Assembly (NCBI GenBank): GCA_016215405.1
Contig: JACRJQ010000006.1
Coordinates: forward strand, 481-64,480
Origin: Candidatus Tayloriibacteriota bacterium
GTDB lineage: Bacteria > Patescibacteriota > Minisyncoccia > Phycocordibacterales > UBA6065
DNA length: 64,000 nucleotides
Direction: 5' to 3'
In this document: piece by piece, positions 1 to 9,376 of the stretch
Layout of the letters: the number at the start of each line of letters is the position of its first letter
Position numbering within the stretch: the stretch's first letter is position 1
The notes under the pieces: generated by a model
The model's database searches: none
Told to the model about the DNA's origin: nothing
Seen by the model: only the letters and a program-made list of their open reading frames with translations
Program-made: the position numbers and the translations under genes

Positions 1-3000
1 GCATTCGACGAATACAGATTCGTCGTAGTCGCGTTGGTACCTGTTGCATTCGAGAACGAGAGGTTGTCGATCGTACCGTTGGTCGACCTGAGATTCGTCG
101 CGAAGGAATTCGTGGTCGTCGAGTTCGTCCCTGTCGCGTTCGTGAAAGCGAGGTTCGTTGCGGTGCTATTCGTAGCGAACAAGTTCGTAGAGGTCGAATT
201 CGCAGCCGAGACGCTTATAGAAGAGAGATTCGTCGTCGTAGCGTTCGTGGTCGTAGAGTTCGTAGCGGTGAGCGCGCCGACCGTTATATCGTCGGCGATA
301 AGAGATGTGATCGTCGCGAGAGTCGAAGTGAGGGTGTTTACGACCCCGTTCGTGAACCGCGCTATAGAGGAGAAAAGGGACGTCGTCGTCGCGGCCGTAC
401 CGGTCGCGTTCGAGAAAGAGAGATTATCGATCGTGCCGCTCGTGGACTTGAGGTTCGTCGCGAAAGCGTTCGTGGTCGTGGAATTCGTCGTCGTGGAGTT
501 ACCGACCGTCAACCCCGATATGTCCGCGAGCATCGAGGTGAAGGAATCGACGGATCCGAACATCGTCCTTAATACCATGGAGAAGAGCGACGTCGTAGTC
601 GCATTGGTGCCCGTTGCGTTCGAGAAGGTCAGATTCTGCAGAGACGACGCGCCGGAGACCGAGAGCGTCCCGGTGGCATTAAGGTTCGCCGCGCTTATGT
701 CGCCCGAGAATAGGCCGTTGCCTTGCACAGAAAGGCGCTGCGAAGGAGAAGTCGTGCCTATCCCGACGTTGCCCGAAGACGTGACGTTAAGGAGAGAGGA
801 CCCCGACGAAGAAGCGATAGAGAGGATGTCCGAGGTCTGTCCTGCGTATCCGGAGAGAGTGAGCGTCGGATTCGAAGACGAAAGCGAGTCGTTCTGTATG
901 GCGAGCGCCTGATTGAATCGGAACCTGTCGAGGGTCGAATTCCAAGAGAGGAGCGCGTTAGGCGACACCGAGCCGCGCTTGAATATGAGATCCATGTCCT
1001 CGGCGTCGACGGAGAGGTTGTCCGAGTTTATCGTAAACGTGTTCGAAGCCGTGCCCGCGATCGTGGTAGACGCCGCGGATATCGAGTTGACGTTGATGCT
1101 ATCGAAATATCCTGTGCGCCAATATGCTCCCGGCGACCCGATGTCGCGCAGCAAGTTAGCGTCAGGGATGAGATTGCCCGAGATGCTTCCATTGACATAT
1201 ATATTGTCGGTCGAGGAATCGCCCAAAGCCAAGCTACCGGAGACAGCGAGGTTGCCCGCGACGGTCGTCGTGCCCGCTCCTATTACGGCAAAGCTCGTCG
1301 TCGTCGCGCCGGTAAACGTGGCGTTCGCGGCAAAAAGATTTGTCGAGGTCGAATTCAGCGCGATGAAATCCGTCACATATGAATTGGTCGTCGTCGAATT
1401 CCCGGCTACGAGGTTCGATACGTAGGAGTTCGTGGTCGTTGAGTTAGTCGTAGTCGAATATATGCCGACGATATTGGAGAGGACGGCCCTATCGGACAGA
1501 AGCCTCTCTATATAGAAGTCCGTGGAAGTTCCCGCGCCAAACGACGCAGAGGTGGAATAGAGGCTCGTCGTCGTAGCCCTCGTGCCGGTCGCGTTCACGA
1601 ACACCAAGCTGTCGATGGAGCCCGACGCGAGAGTCGCGTTCGAGGCGAAGAGGTTCGTCGAAGTCGCATTCGTGGTCGATGCGTTCTGGGCGTAGAGATT
1701 GGTCGACGAGGCGTTCTGAGATACCGAGGACGTCGAGAACGAGTTTGTCGTGGTCGCGTTCGTGGTCGTCGAGTTCGTGGCGGTGAGCGCGCCGACGGTT
1801 ATATCGTCTGCCACGAGCGACGTTATCGTAGCGAGGGTGGCGGTGAACGTATCGATGACGCCGGTGAGGAACTTGCCCACCGAGGCGAAGAGGTTCGTCG
1901 AAGTGGCGTTGGTCGTCGTCGAGTTCGTGGCATTGAGCGAATTTATCGACGCAGAGCCGATGACGATGAGGTTCGAGACGCTCGTGGTGCCCGTAAGGGT
2001 GAGATCGGACGCGGAGATCCCGCCTGAGATAGAGATGCTTCCACCGAGCGAGAGCGATCCTGAGAGCGTCATATTGCCCTCCTTATCGAGCTGGATGTCC
2101 TCAGAGTCTATGGTGAGGTCGTCATCGGAATTGCCGAGCTGTATCTCTCCGCCCGCCGAGAAATCTCCAGAGACTGACGCATGAGAGAAGGATCCCGACC
2201 GCGCGATCACCGCGCTGCCCACGTCGAGCGACCCGCGGACGCTTGCGTTCCTTCCCACCCGAAGGCCGCCCGTGACGGACGCTTCGCCGAGCGTCGCTTT
2301 TCCTGTATTCACGATCGTCGCGAGATACGCGGGACCCGCAACTTCGAGCGTCTTGGCGAATTTCGCCTTTCCGAAAACCTCGAGGTCGCCGTCGACCGTA
2401 AGAGACGATAAGAGGTTCGCGGCCCCTCGCACGAGGAGCGTCTTGCCCACCTCGACGTCTCCCTCGAAACGCACATCGTCGGTCGTCACGTTTCCGTTCT
2501 TGGTCACGAAGGCTAGAGTAAAATCAGTGGCGCGGTTTCCGCCGACCATCTCCGCGTTGAGGTTCTTGACCTCTGTCATCGAGTCGACGACGATCGGCGC
2601 GACGCCGTCCGCTATGAAAGACCTAAGCTGCCCCTCCGTCTCGATGTGTCCCATGATCGAGATGTTTCCTGCCTTATCGAGGAGGAGTATCTCGTTCTCG
2701 TGGGTGCCTGGCCTGAAACCCATCACCGTGTTCGCGTCCGTCCAGACCTTCTTTACGAAACCGCCCGCCTTCTCCATGAACCCGAATACGAACGGCGTCG
2801 GAAATATGGCGAAGAAGACGGTTACCGCGAGAGCGGTCGCGATGAGCGGCTTGCTGCCGAATACGGTCCTAAACGCCCTAGCGACGATATTAGGCTGTCC
2901 TGGCACGAGTTGAAGAGACGCGAACTTCTGGTCTAACGCTTTCGAAACTTCGGCCGCGACACCCTCTGCAGGCGCCGAGAAAGGAGATGCTGCCGCAGCG

Positions 3001-3893
3001 ACCCTTTCCAAAGAGAGCTTCTCGAGCCTCGAAGATATATCGGCGAGGGTCCTCTGGATCGATTCTAGGCCGTCGGCGGCAGGCTTCGTTGCCGCAACGG
3101 GCGCGAGCGCCCTCGCTTCCTTAACGATGCGCGGCGCAGGGACCGAGACCTTCTCATCTGCCGGCTTAGAGACCGCTGGCGCTGACGGCCTCTTTATCGA
3201 TGGGATAATCGAGAATATCTTCCTGGGGAGCGCGAACCTCTTCGCCTCCGGCTCGACAGCCGCCTTCGCGGGAATCGACGCAGGAGCCGTCTTGGGAGCA
3301 AGCTGGCCGAAAGTTGGCTTCGGCGCCTTGAAAGATTCAGGTATGTGTATGTGCTCTATGCCGACGGCAGAATTCTTTTTCCTCTCGGAATTGATCATCT
3401 CGAGGTAATTCCTCAGATCTCCGTGATAGGTCCTTATCTTCTTCGTGTGAGGATGGTCTGTCGTGACCGATATGTCCGCCCGACCTTCCGTCGATTCGAC
3501 GTACGGCGCCGCCTTTTCTGCCGCGTCTTCCACGATCTCTGCAGGCTTCTTCATGTAGACGATCATCTCTCCCTCGGCTGTAGTCCTGCGGGCGAGACCG
3601 TCATGATCGACGGAAGCAGAGGAGTTTACAGGAACGCCGCTCTCGGAAAGCTCGATCGGAAGAGGGGCGAAGAATTTAGGCGCTGACGGCTTCGTCTCAG
3701 GGCCGCGATCGACGGACGAAAGGTCTCCGTTCTGGATCTGGTTCCTGATCATCTGCCGCCTCATGTACTCATCGAGTATCGCCTTAGTCGTATACCAGAC
3801 CTTTCCGACCTTCTTGGCCGAGAGCTTCTTCTTGCGGGCGAGTAGCGAGAGATATTCCGCGGAGTAAGGCGTAAGCCCTGACGCCTCCGACAT
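1..3893 (-). CDS. Giant membrane-anchored surface protein, partial at the window start. It has an N-terminal HTH_17/excisionase-like segment, one TM helix, and more than 1000 aa of Thr/Asn-rich 15-residue tandem repeats that are N-x-T/S sequon-rich.
   Basis: Own minus-strand translation from ATG at 3893 gives MSEASGLTPYSAEYLSLLARKKKLSAKKVGKVWYTTKAILDEYM... A TM segment PLIATALAVTVFFAIFPTPFVFGF follows, then repeats such as ATNSTTTNATTTNLF and TNATGTNSTTTNSF. No in-frame stop occurs before position 1, so the gene is absent from the ORF track. A TAA lies in frame upstream of 3893; the alternative TTG start is at about 3989. Confidence 0.6.
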   Translation of the reverse strand, partial: MSEASGLTPYSAEYLSLLARKKKLSAKKVGKVWYTTKAILDEYMRRQMIRNQIQNGDLSSVDRGPETKPSAPKFFAPLPIELSESGVPVNSSASVDHDGLARRTTAEGEMIVYMKKPAEIVEDAAEKAAPYVESTEGRADISVTTDHPHTKKIRTYHGDLRNYLEMINSERKKNSAVGIEHIHIPESFKAPKPTFGQLAPKTAPASIPAKAAVEPEAKRFALPRKIFSIIPSIKRPSAPAVSKPADEKVSVPAPRIVKEARALAPVAATKPAADGLESIQRTLADISSRLEKLSLERVAAAASPFSAPAEGVAAEVSKALDQKFASLQLVPGQPNIVARAFRTVFGSKPLIATALAVTVFFAIFPTPFVFGFMEKAGGFVKKVWTDANTVMGFRPGTHENEILLLDKAGNISIMGHIETEGQLRSFIADGVAPIVVDSMTEVKNLNAEMVGGNRATDFTLAFVTKNGNVTTDDVRFEGDVEVGKTLLVRGAANLLSSLTVDGDLEVFGKAKFAKTLEVAGPAYLATIVNTGKATLGEASVTGGLRVGRNASVRGSLDVGSAVIARSGSFSHASVSGDFSAGGEIQLGNSDDDLTIDSEDIQLDKEGNMTLSGSLSLGGSISISGGISASDLTLTGTTSVSNLIVIGSASINSLNATNSTTTNATSTNLFASVGKFLTGVIDTFTATLATITSLVADDITVGALTATNSTTTNATTTNSFSTSSVSQNASSTNLYAQNASTTNATSTNLFASNATLASGSIDSLVFVNATGTRATTTSLYSTSASFGAGTSTDFYIERLLSDRAVLSNIVGIYSTTTNSTTTNSYVSNLVAGNSTTTNSYVTDFIALNSTSTNLFAANATFTGATTTSFAVIGAGTTTVAGNLAVSGSLALGDSSTDNIYVNGSISGNLIPDANLLRDIGSPGAYWRTGYFDSINVNSISAASTTIAGTASNTFTINSDNLSVDAEDMDLIFKRGSVSPNALLSWNSTLDRFRFNQALAIQNDSLSSSNPTLTLSGYAGQTSDILSIASSSGSSLLNVTSSGNVGIGTTSPSQRLSVQGNGLFSGDISAANLNATGTLSVSGASSLQNLTFSNATGTNATTTSLFSMVLRTMFGSVDSFTSMLADISGLTVGNSTTTNSTTTNAFATNLKSTSGTIDNLSFSNATGTAATTTSLFSSIARFTNGVVNTLTSTLATITSLIADDITVGALTATNSTTTNATTTNLSSISVSAANSTSTNLFATNSTATNLAFTNATGTNSTTTNSFATNLRSTNGTIDNLSFSNATGTNATTTNLYSSN

Positions 3894-4156
3894 AGAGAGC
3901 CATCTATCGCCCGATGCGGCAAAGGACCTATCCTGAGGAGCTATGCTCTCTTCGGGATTCGCCCCCTGGTCGTTTTTAAATTCCTGGCTCAAGGATTGGT
4001 TTGATTACTATCCGATACGCCGTATCGGATGCTCAAAAGTTCACGTGTTCATTATACGGACCGACCTTCTTTCGTAGGGCTGTTTTTCTGGGGACAACCG
4101 ATATTGGTTTCCAACCGATACGAGATCGATAAAAAACAATCTGAAATCGCTCTGAG

Positions 4157-4203
4157 ATAAATAAAAACGGACACCGGAGGACTTCAAGCCACAGTGTCCG
4201 TTC
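4157..4203 (-). terminator. Rho-independent terminator downstream of lepB
   Basis: An 8-bp stem acggacac/gtgtccgt is followed on the minus strand by a U-run (ttttatttat). Confidence 0.5.
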
Positions 4204-4287
4204 TGCAACGACCCATTCGCTACATGTTCTTTATTAATTCTTATTGTATTTTTATATACATTACTAAACCTTAATAGATTCAATTTC

Positions 4288-4821
4288 CTAAAAACCTATA
4301 TATTTCAATGATTTAATGCGAAACGCTCCAAAGACCCTTCCCTGGATGCCGCTCCCGTCGATGAGGCCCAACTCTCTCGAATCGATGCTTACTTTACGAT
4401 TATCTCCGAGCGCAAAGTATTCTCCTGGATCTATATTGGTTCTCGACTTGCCCACGGCTTCTGTATCAGGAAATTCTAGATAGCCTTCGTCAAGATTGAC
4501 GCCTTCGTCGGTTCTGGAATTTTTGATGACAACCCTTTGATTTTCAATCGAAAACCATTCGCCAGGAAGGCCTATTATCCTCTTTACCACACGCCCAGGA
4601 TGCGTCCTTGGAACCGCTACCACGATATCTCCCCGTTCAGGCTCGCTATTCGCATATGCCAGCTTGTTCACGAGAACGAAATCGCCCGATTCGAGCGCGG
4701 GCGACATAGAATCACCTCTCACGAAGAACGCCTCGAACGCAAAAAGCCTGATCGCGGCGACCATAATGAAGGAAACGATGAGTATATAGGCTATGTTCTG
4801 CTTGCTGAAGGGCTTCATCAT
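4288..4821 (-). CDS. lepB: Signal peptidase I
   Basis: N-terminal TM helix, GDSMSPAL catalytic Ser box, and GDNR...SIDSR box. Confidence 0.85.
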   Translation of the reverse strand: MMKPFSKQNIAYILIVSFIMVAAIRLFAFEAFFVRGDSMSPALESGDFVLVNKLAYANSEPERGDIVVAVPRTHPGRVVKRIIGLPGEWFSIENQRVVIKNSRTDEGVNLDEGYLEFPDTEAVGKSRTNIDPGEYFALGDNRKVSIDSRELGLIDGSGIQGRVFGAFRIKSLKYIGF

Positions 4822-4902
4822 CTTGTTTTATCCTGTGGACTTAGACGAGGTGCTCCTTGTATGGGAGTCCAGACAGGTATATTATACAAGGAATTCAAAC
4901 CT

Positions 4903-5169
4903 ATGTCTGGTAAATTCATGACCATCAAGGAGGCTGCGGAAATGCTCGGGGTGACTCCGCTCACTTTGCGTAATTGGGATAAGAGCGGAAAGCTCCCCAC
5001 GACGAGGCATCCGATGTCCAATTACCGTATCTACAAGACTGAGGACCTTGAGAAGCTCATGAAGGATATCGAGGCGGGAACCGTGCCGACGAAGGCGAAA
5101 CCTCGGAGCGCTCCGAAAAGAAAGCTCACCGCTCGAAAGCTCATCGTGAGATCCATAAGAGAAGAATAG
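4903..5169 (+). CDS. Small HTH_17 (excisionase/MerR-like) DNA-binding protein
   Basis: MSGKFMTIKEAAEMLGVTPLTLRNWDKSGKLPTTRHPMSNYRIYKTEDLEKLM. The ATG at 4903 lies inside the longer ORF 4537..5169, whose upstream part overlaps lepB on the other strand. Confidence 0.6.
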   Translation: MSGKFMTIKEAAEMLGVTPLTLRNWDKSGKLPTTRHPMSNYRIYKTEDLEKLMKDIEAGTVPTKAKPRSAPKRKLTARKLIVRSIREE

Positions 5170-5214
5170 AGACGGCGCTGAGAATCCACAGAAAGCGCTG
5201 GTACGTTCGCAACA

Positions 5215-5246
5215 GGATCCGCAGACTCTCTGCGGATCCTGCTTTC
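5215..5246 (+). terminator. Hairpin downstream of the HTH gene; weak U-tract
   Basis: ggatccgcaga-ctctc-tgcggatcc followed by tgctttcgg. Confidence 0.35.
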
Positions 5247-5403
5247 GGTCCGCCCACCATTCTTTTTCGCGCGACCCCTCGCGCGCATTGAGGCGCGAGG
5301 CCGAAGAGATCCGAACAAAGGGTCCCATTCCCCTCGTCCCTGTGCGACAGGCTCCCCATCCTCCGAGACGGGGAACTCTTTGACGCCTGCTGTTTCTGCG
5401 CAG

Positions 5404-5431
5404 CAAAAAACCGCCTTTAGGCGGTTCTTTG
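5404..5431 (-). terminator. Bidirectional rho-independent terminator after rplU
   Basis: aaaaaaccgcc-ttta-ggcggttcttt; a T-run follows the stem on both strands. Confidence 0.6.
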
Positions 5432-5785
5432 TTACGCGATCGCCTTGATCTCGACTTTGAAATAAGGCTGGCGATGTCCGTACTTCTTGAAGTATTTCGA
5501 CTTCTGCTTATAGTGGACGACCACGACCTTCGCATCGCGGCCAATCTCCTTCACCTCGGCCTCTACCTTCGATCCTTTTATAAAAGGCGCTCCGACCGTC
5601 GTCTTTCCGGCATCATCGACGAGAAGGACGTCGCTGAATACAACTTTTCCTCCTACCTTGTGTTCGCCTGAGAGCTTCTCGATCTTTACGATATCCCCTA
5701 CGCTGACCTTGTACTGCTTTCCGCCCGTCGCGATGACGGCAAAAGCGTTAGTCTGAGCGGTCTTTTTAGCTTTAGCAGTAGCCAT
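5432..5785 (-). CDS. rplU: 50S ribosomal protein bL21
   Basis: FAVIATGGKQYKVSVGDIVKIEKL...VGAPFIKGSKVEAEVKEIGRDAKVVVVHYKQKSKYFKKYGHRQPYFKVEI. No rpmA follows; the gene ends at a terminator. Confidence 0.9.
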   Translation of the reverse strand: MATAKAKKTAQTNAFAVIATGGKQYKVSVGDIVKIEKLSGEHKVGGKVVFSDVLLVDDAGKTTVGAPFIKGSKVEAEVKEIGRDAKVVVVHYKQKSKYFKKYGHRQPYFKVEIKAIA

Positions 5786-5945
5786 ATTTCTTGAAAATTA
5801 AGAGCCCTGTGAGGGGCTTTTGATTCGTCTAATATCGCATAGGGCCCATAAAAATGCAAGTCTCCTGACCAAATACGCTCATAGTATGCGACCTTCATAG
5901 CCAAAGCGCCCTCAAGAAAGGTCAATTGCTCGAGATTCGGTCGAG

Positions 5946-6776
5946 CTACTGCCCGAACTTAGCGAAAACATCGCCTCTCCTGCCTAGAGCATAGATCTTT
6001 CCCACCTCGCTTGCGGTCAAACCCTTTGAGAACACCTGTACCTCGTCTATGGAACCGCTGTAGCCTCCCCAACCGCCCTGCTGCGTGGACGCGAGGCGCA
6101 GCGGGAATGCCGTACCGGAAGAGCCGGTGGATGCGACAGAGGCCACGGCGACGCCGTCTTGATAGATCGTTATTTTGGAATTATCGTAGACAGCTACGAC
6201 ATGCACCCACTTGTCGTTCGGGATCGGATTCGGAGCGACCGCGATATCGGCGCCTCCCGAGACATTCCTCTCGAAGAAGAGCCTTCCGTCAGCCGACGCA
6301 TAGCCCTCCGCTACCATCCATCCGCCGACCGTATAGTTCGCGGAGGACATCATGCTCGCTCGCGATTGGGCCGATGACCTCTTGGTCCAGAACGAGACCG
6401 CGAACGGGTTGTTGCCTGCCGCCTCCGTGGTCGCCGCGCTCGCTACGACATAATTGGTCGCATTGAAGGAAAGCGAGCAGCCGCTCGAATAAGGCGTATC
6501 GGCCTGCCATATCGGCGTGCCGGAGAACGAGAACGCGATCCCATTCGCCGCTTTGTTAGATGGAGCGCTGCCCGCGCACTCGTTGAGGTCTAAAAGCGCG
6601 ATCGATTGCTCTCCTGCGACATGATAGACCTGTGCCGCGAAATATTTGCCCGCTCCGAGCCTCCCCTTCTCTCTCGCCGAATTGACGTTCGATAATACAA
6701 CGCTCGAAAGGAGCGATATGATCGATATCACGACGAGGAGCTCGATGAGGGTGAACCCTTTCTTCATACGTCTCAT
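5946..6776 (-). CDS. Type IV pilin-like protein with a C-terminal LamG/concanavalin-like domain
   Basis: Prepilin motif KKGFTLIELLVVISIISLL at the N-terminus; a Gly/Ser-rich jellyroll-like C-terminal half ending SIDEVQVFSKGLTASEV. Confidence 0.75.
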   Translation of the reverse strand: MRRMKKGFTLIELLVVISIISLLSSVVLSNVNSAREKGRLGAGKYFAAQVYHVAGEQSIALLDLNECAGSAPSNKAANGIAFSFSGTPIWQADTPYSSGCSLSFNATNYVVASAATTEAAGNNPFAVSFWTKRSSAQSRASMMSSANYTVGGWMVAEGYASADGRLFFERNVSGGADIAVAPNPIPNDKWVHVVAVYDNSKITIYQDGVAVASVASTGSSGTAFPLRLASTQQGGWGGYSGSIDEVQVFSKGLTASEVGKIYALGRRGDVFAKFGQ

Positions 6777-6785
6777 AATACCAGG

Positions 6786-7613
6786 CTATCGGGCGGCGAA
6801 AAAATGAGACGACTCGAGAGCGTAGAGATCGCCCACTTCCGATGCCGCGAGGATCTTGGAGAACAGCCTCACGTTGTCTATGCTTCCCGGAAAATTGCCT
6901 CCCGTGCCGCCACCGTATCCCCCAAAAGCGAGAGTGTCGCTCCCCGACAGGTTCCATGTGTTATTGAATGAATTCGTATTATTGAGCTTTCCGTCTATAT
7001 AGAGATAAAGGGTGGAATTCGACCTATTCACGACCGCCACGATGTGGTGCCACCTCCCGTCCCCGATGACAGCTCCGCCCGTGGCCGTCACGCCTATCTG
7101 AGAAGAGCCGTTAGCGATACGGAAGTAGAGCGTGCCGATCGTGCTCAGGTCGAATCCCGGATTGTTCGTCCCAGCGGTCTTTTTGTCGACGATCCAGAGG
7201 TTCGAAGCCGTGGACGACGTCTTGACCCACACCGAGAGCGACATGTCTCCCGTGCCCATGTTAAGCGACTGCCCGTTCCCAGCGTTCACATACTGCGCGG
7301 AACCGCTAAGGCTAAGCGAGCACCCTCTCCCTGTCGGCGTGTCGCTCGACCAGGTCGGAGATCCAGACACGCTCCCGTTGTTGCCGAAGCCCGATCTGTC
7401 GGCAGCCAGAGAGCCGCTGCATTCGTCGAAATCCCAGACTCCGACGGCCTGTTCGCCGGCGATACGGTCCGCCTGAGCGGCGAACGAACCGACGGCGGCC
7501 AGCCGCGCCTTTTCTCTCGCGGAATTAAGATTCGAGAGCACGACGCTCGAAAGGAGCGATATGATCGATATCACGACGAGGAGCTCGATGAGAGTGAAAG
7601 CTCTCGTCTTCAT
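6786..7613 (-). CDS. Type IV pilin-like protein with LamG domain, tandem paralog of the preceding gene
   Basis: MKTRAFTLIELLVVISIISLLSSVVLSN..., ending SIDNVRLFSKILAASEV. About 55 nt at the 5' end (7544..7598) are identical to 6701..6755. Confidence 0.75.
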   Translation of the reverse strand: MKTRAFTLIELLVVISIISLLSSVVLSNLNSAREKARLAAVGSFAAQADRIAGEQAVGVWDFDECSGSLAADRSGFGNNGSVSGSPTWSSDTPTGRGCSLSLSGSAQYVNAGNGQSLNMGTGDMSLSVWVKTSSTASNLWIVDKKTAGTNNPGFDLSTIGTLYFRIANGSSQIGVTATGGAVIGDGRWHHIVAVVNRSNSTLYLYIDGKLNNTNSFNNTWNLSGSDTLAFGGYGGGTGGNFPGSIDNVRLFSKILAASEVGDLYALESSHFFAAR

Positions 7614-7615
7614 GG

Positions 7616-8692
7616 CTATTCTTCGAGATCCGGCTTCTCTATAGACAGAGGATCGAGTCCGACTGCGGTGCCTGTTATGCGCAAGACGTCCTTGTCGACC
7701 TTCTTGAGCTCCTTTGAGGAGAACATATATTGATTCACGACCGTCGCTAGGTTGTTTCCGAGCTTATTATGGTATTCCTCGTAAGCCTTGAGGTGTTTGC
7801 CGAGCTCCCCTACCCTCTGGACGATGTCTTTGGCGGTATCTTCGATCTGCATCGCTTTGAGGCCCTGGAGGACGGTCTGGAGATACGCGAGGAAGGAAGT
7901 CGGCGAGACGATGATGACCTTGTATTTATTGGCGGCGCGCTGTATGAGATTGTCCGTATCTTCGGTTATCGCGCCCACTTTATTGACGAGGAGGTCGTAG
8001 TAGATCGCCTCATGCGGTATGAACATGAACGCGAAATCCATAGTGCCCTCGTTCGGGCGTATGTATTTCGAGGTCTCGACGATACGATTCTTGAGGTCGT
8101 TCACGAAGAGCTTCTCCAGACGGAGCTTCTCCGAATCGTTCTTCTCCTCGGCGAGTCGGTTATAGTTCTCGAGAGAGAACTTCGAATCGACCGGAATAAG
8201 CTTGTCTTTGACCTTCACGACGGCATCCACGATCTCTCCGTCTTTGAATCCGTACTGCATCTGGTAGCTTCCGGGCGGCAAGACGTTCTTAAGCAAGGTC
8301 TCCAGATAGTATTCGCCCAGGATCCCGCGCTGTTTCGGATTCTTCAATATGTCTTGAAGGTTCTGCAGCTGGTCGGCGAATCCGACCATCTGCTTTCCGG
8401 TCTCCTCTACCCTCGTCACCTTCTCCGTCATAGAGGTGACCTCCCGGAGGAATTTATCGACGAGCTTCTGGGACTCCGAGAACTGATTCCTCATAGAATC
8501 GGTCATCGTGCGATTCGTCTCGCCCATCTTTTCATCCACCGTCCTCGACAGGTTGTTCATCTGCTCCAAAAGGAGCTTGAGCCCTGTATCGTCCTGCTTG
8601 GGAGCCTCTCTCTTTCGAGCCACGAAATAGAGCACGCCCGCGTTGATAAGGAGGATAAGCGCTCCGATAGCGATGATAAGGCCTGTTTCCAT
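7616..8692 (-). CDS. rmuC: DNA recombination protein RmuC
   Basis: N-terminal TM, a long coiled-coil, and an RmuC-type C-terminal domain. The 444-aa + strand ORF antisense to it is rejected. Confidence 0.75.
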   Translation of the reverse strand: METGLIIAIGALILLINAGVLYFVARKREAPKQDDTGLKLLLEQMNNLSRTVDEKMGETNRTMTDSMRNQFSESQKLVDKFLREVTSMTEKVTRVEETGKQMVGFADQLQNLQDILKNPKQRGILGEYYLETLLKNVLPPGSYQMQYGFKDGEIVDAVVKVKDKLIPVDSKFSLENYNRLAEEKNDSEKLRLEKLFVNDLKNRIVETSKYIRPNEGTMDFAFMFIPHEAIYYDLLVNKVGAITEDTDNLIQRAANKYKVIIVSPTSFLAYLQTVLQGLKAMQIEDTAKDIVQRVGELGKHLKAYEEYHNKLGNNLATVVNQYMFSSKELKKVDKDVLRITGTAVGLDPLSIEKPDLEE

Positions 8693-8750
8693 GCCGACAT
8701 TATACCAGAGAGAAGCGTGATAGAATGGCCGTATATCAAAGGAACCACAT

Positions 8751-9203
8751 ATGTCACTTCACCAAACGATAAGGACCCATATAAAGGAGGCGATGATAGC
8801 GAAAAACGAGACGAGGACCCTCGTTCTGCGCGGAGTCCAGGCCGAGATCCAAAAGGAGCTCATCGCCAAGAAATCCGCAGCGAACGAAGCGACCGACGAA
8901 GAGACCCTCGCCGTCATAAAGAGGCTCGTAAAGCAGAGAAAGGATTCGATCGAGCAATTCGAGAAGGGCGGGCGACCCGATCTCGCCCTATCCGAGAAAA
9001 ACGAGCTTGCCGTCCTGCAGGCATACCTCCCTGCCACGATGCCCAAGGACGAGATAAAGAAGTTCGCCCTCGCGAAGAAAGCAGAGCTCGGCGTAACGGA
9101 TAAATCCGGCGCAGGAAAGCTCATAGGCGCTATATCGAAGGAGCTCAAGGGTAAAGCCGAGGGCAGCGATATAAAGGCGGTAGTCGACGAGATGTTCGCC
9201 TAA
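8751..9203 (+). CDS. yqeY: GatB/YqeY domain protein
   Basis: A 150-aa protein with a YqeY-like pattern: KAMKAKD..., LSEKNELAVLQAYLP, GKLIGAISKELKGKAEGSDIKAVVDEM. Confidence 0.8.
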   Translation: MSLHQTIRTHIKEAMIAKNETRTLVLRGVQAEIQKELIAKKSAANEATDEETLAVIKRLVKQRKDSIEQFEKGGRPDLALSEKNELAVLQAYLPATMPKDEIKKFALAKKAELGVTDKSGAGKLIGAISKELKGKAEGSDIKAVVDEMFA

Positions 9204-9223
9204 AGTCGAACAATCGAGAGATG

Positions 9224-9260
9224 GAAAAGCCCCGGGCGCTTCGCGCCCGGGGCTTTTCTT
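9224..9260 (+). terminator. Rho-independent terminator after yqeY
   Basis: aaaagccccgggcgc-ttcg-cgcccggggcttttctt. Confidence 0.75.
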
Positions 9261-9288
9261 GCCATTTCTTTTCATTCGTTTCCTACTA

Positions 9289-9317
9289 TTGACAAACCAT
9301 GACGTTGGGTGTATAAT
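9289..9317 (+). promoter_or_regulatory. Consensus sigma70-type promoter
   Basis: TTGACA at 9289-9294, a 17-nt spacer, then TATAAT at 9312-9317, in a local AT-rich pocket. Confidence 0.6.
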
Positions 9318-9376
9318 AGTATGGATAAGTTGTTTGAGATCACTTTCCTTCGAAACCTCAACCCCCTCCTACCGTC

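Noticed and set aside
1-2400. Regular ~45-nt DNA periodicity that might suggest a CRISPR array
   Set aside because: The repeats are imperfect, have no spacers, and translate in frame into 15-aa protein repeats, so they are coding tandem repeats and not CRISPR.
34-3686. Series of + strand ORFs (34..912, 723..1382, 913..1425, 1750..2184, 2272..2913, 3345..3686 and others) with repetitive V/F/E-rich or Arg-rich translations
   Set aside because: They lie antisense to, or in wrong frames of, the giant minus-strand repeat gene. The real coding strand gives a coherent TM plus Thr/Asn-repeat protein; these ORFs are products of the 45-nt repeat periodicity and high GC.
4041-4283. 80-aa minus-strand ORF in the AT-rich lepB/giant-gene intergenic region
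   Set aside because: Low-complexity translation in a promoter/terminator region with atypical composition. It is more likely a non-coding regulatory spacer.
7769-9103. 444-aa + strand ORF
   Set aside because: It is antisense to rmuC, which has a clear family signature. The translation is Arg/Asp/Glu-rich low-complexity, typical of antisense frames in GC-rich genes.
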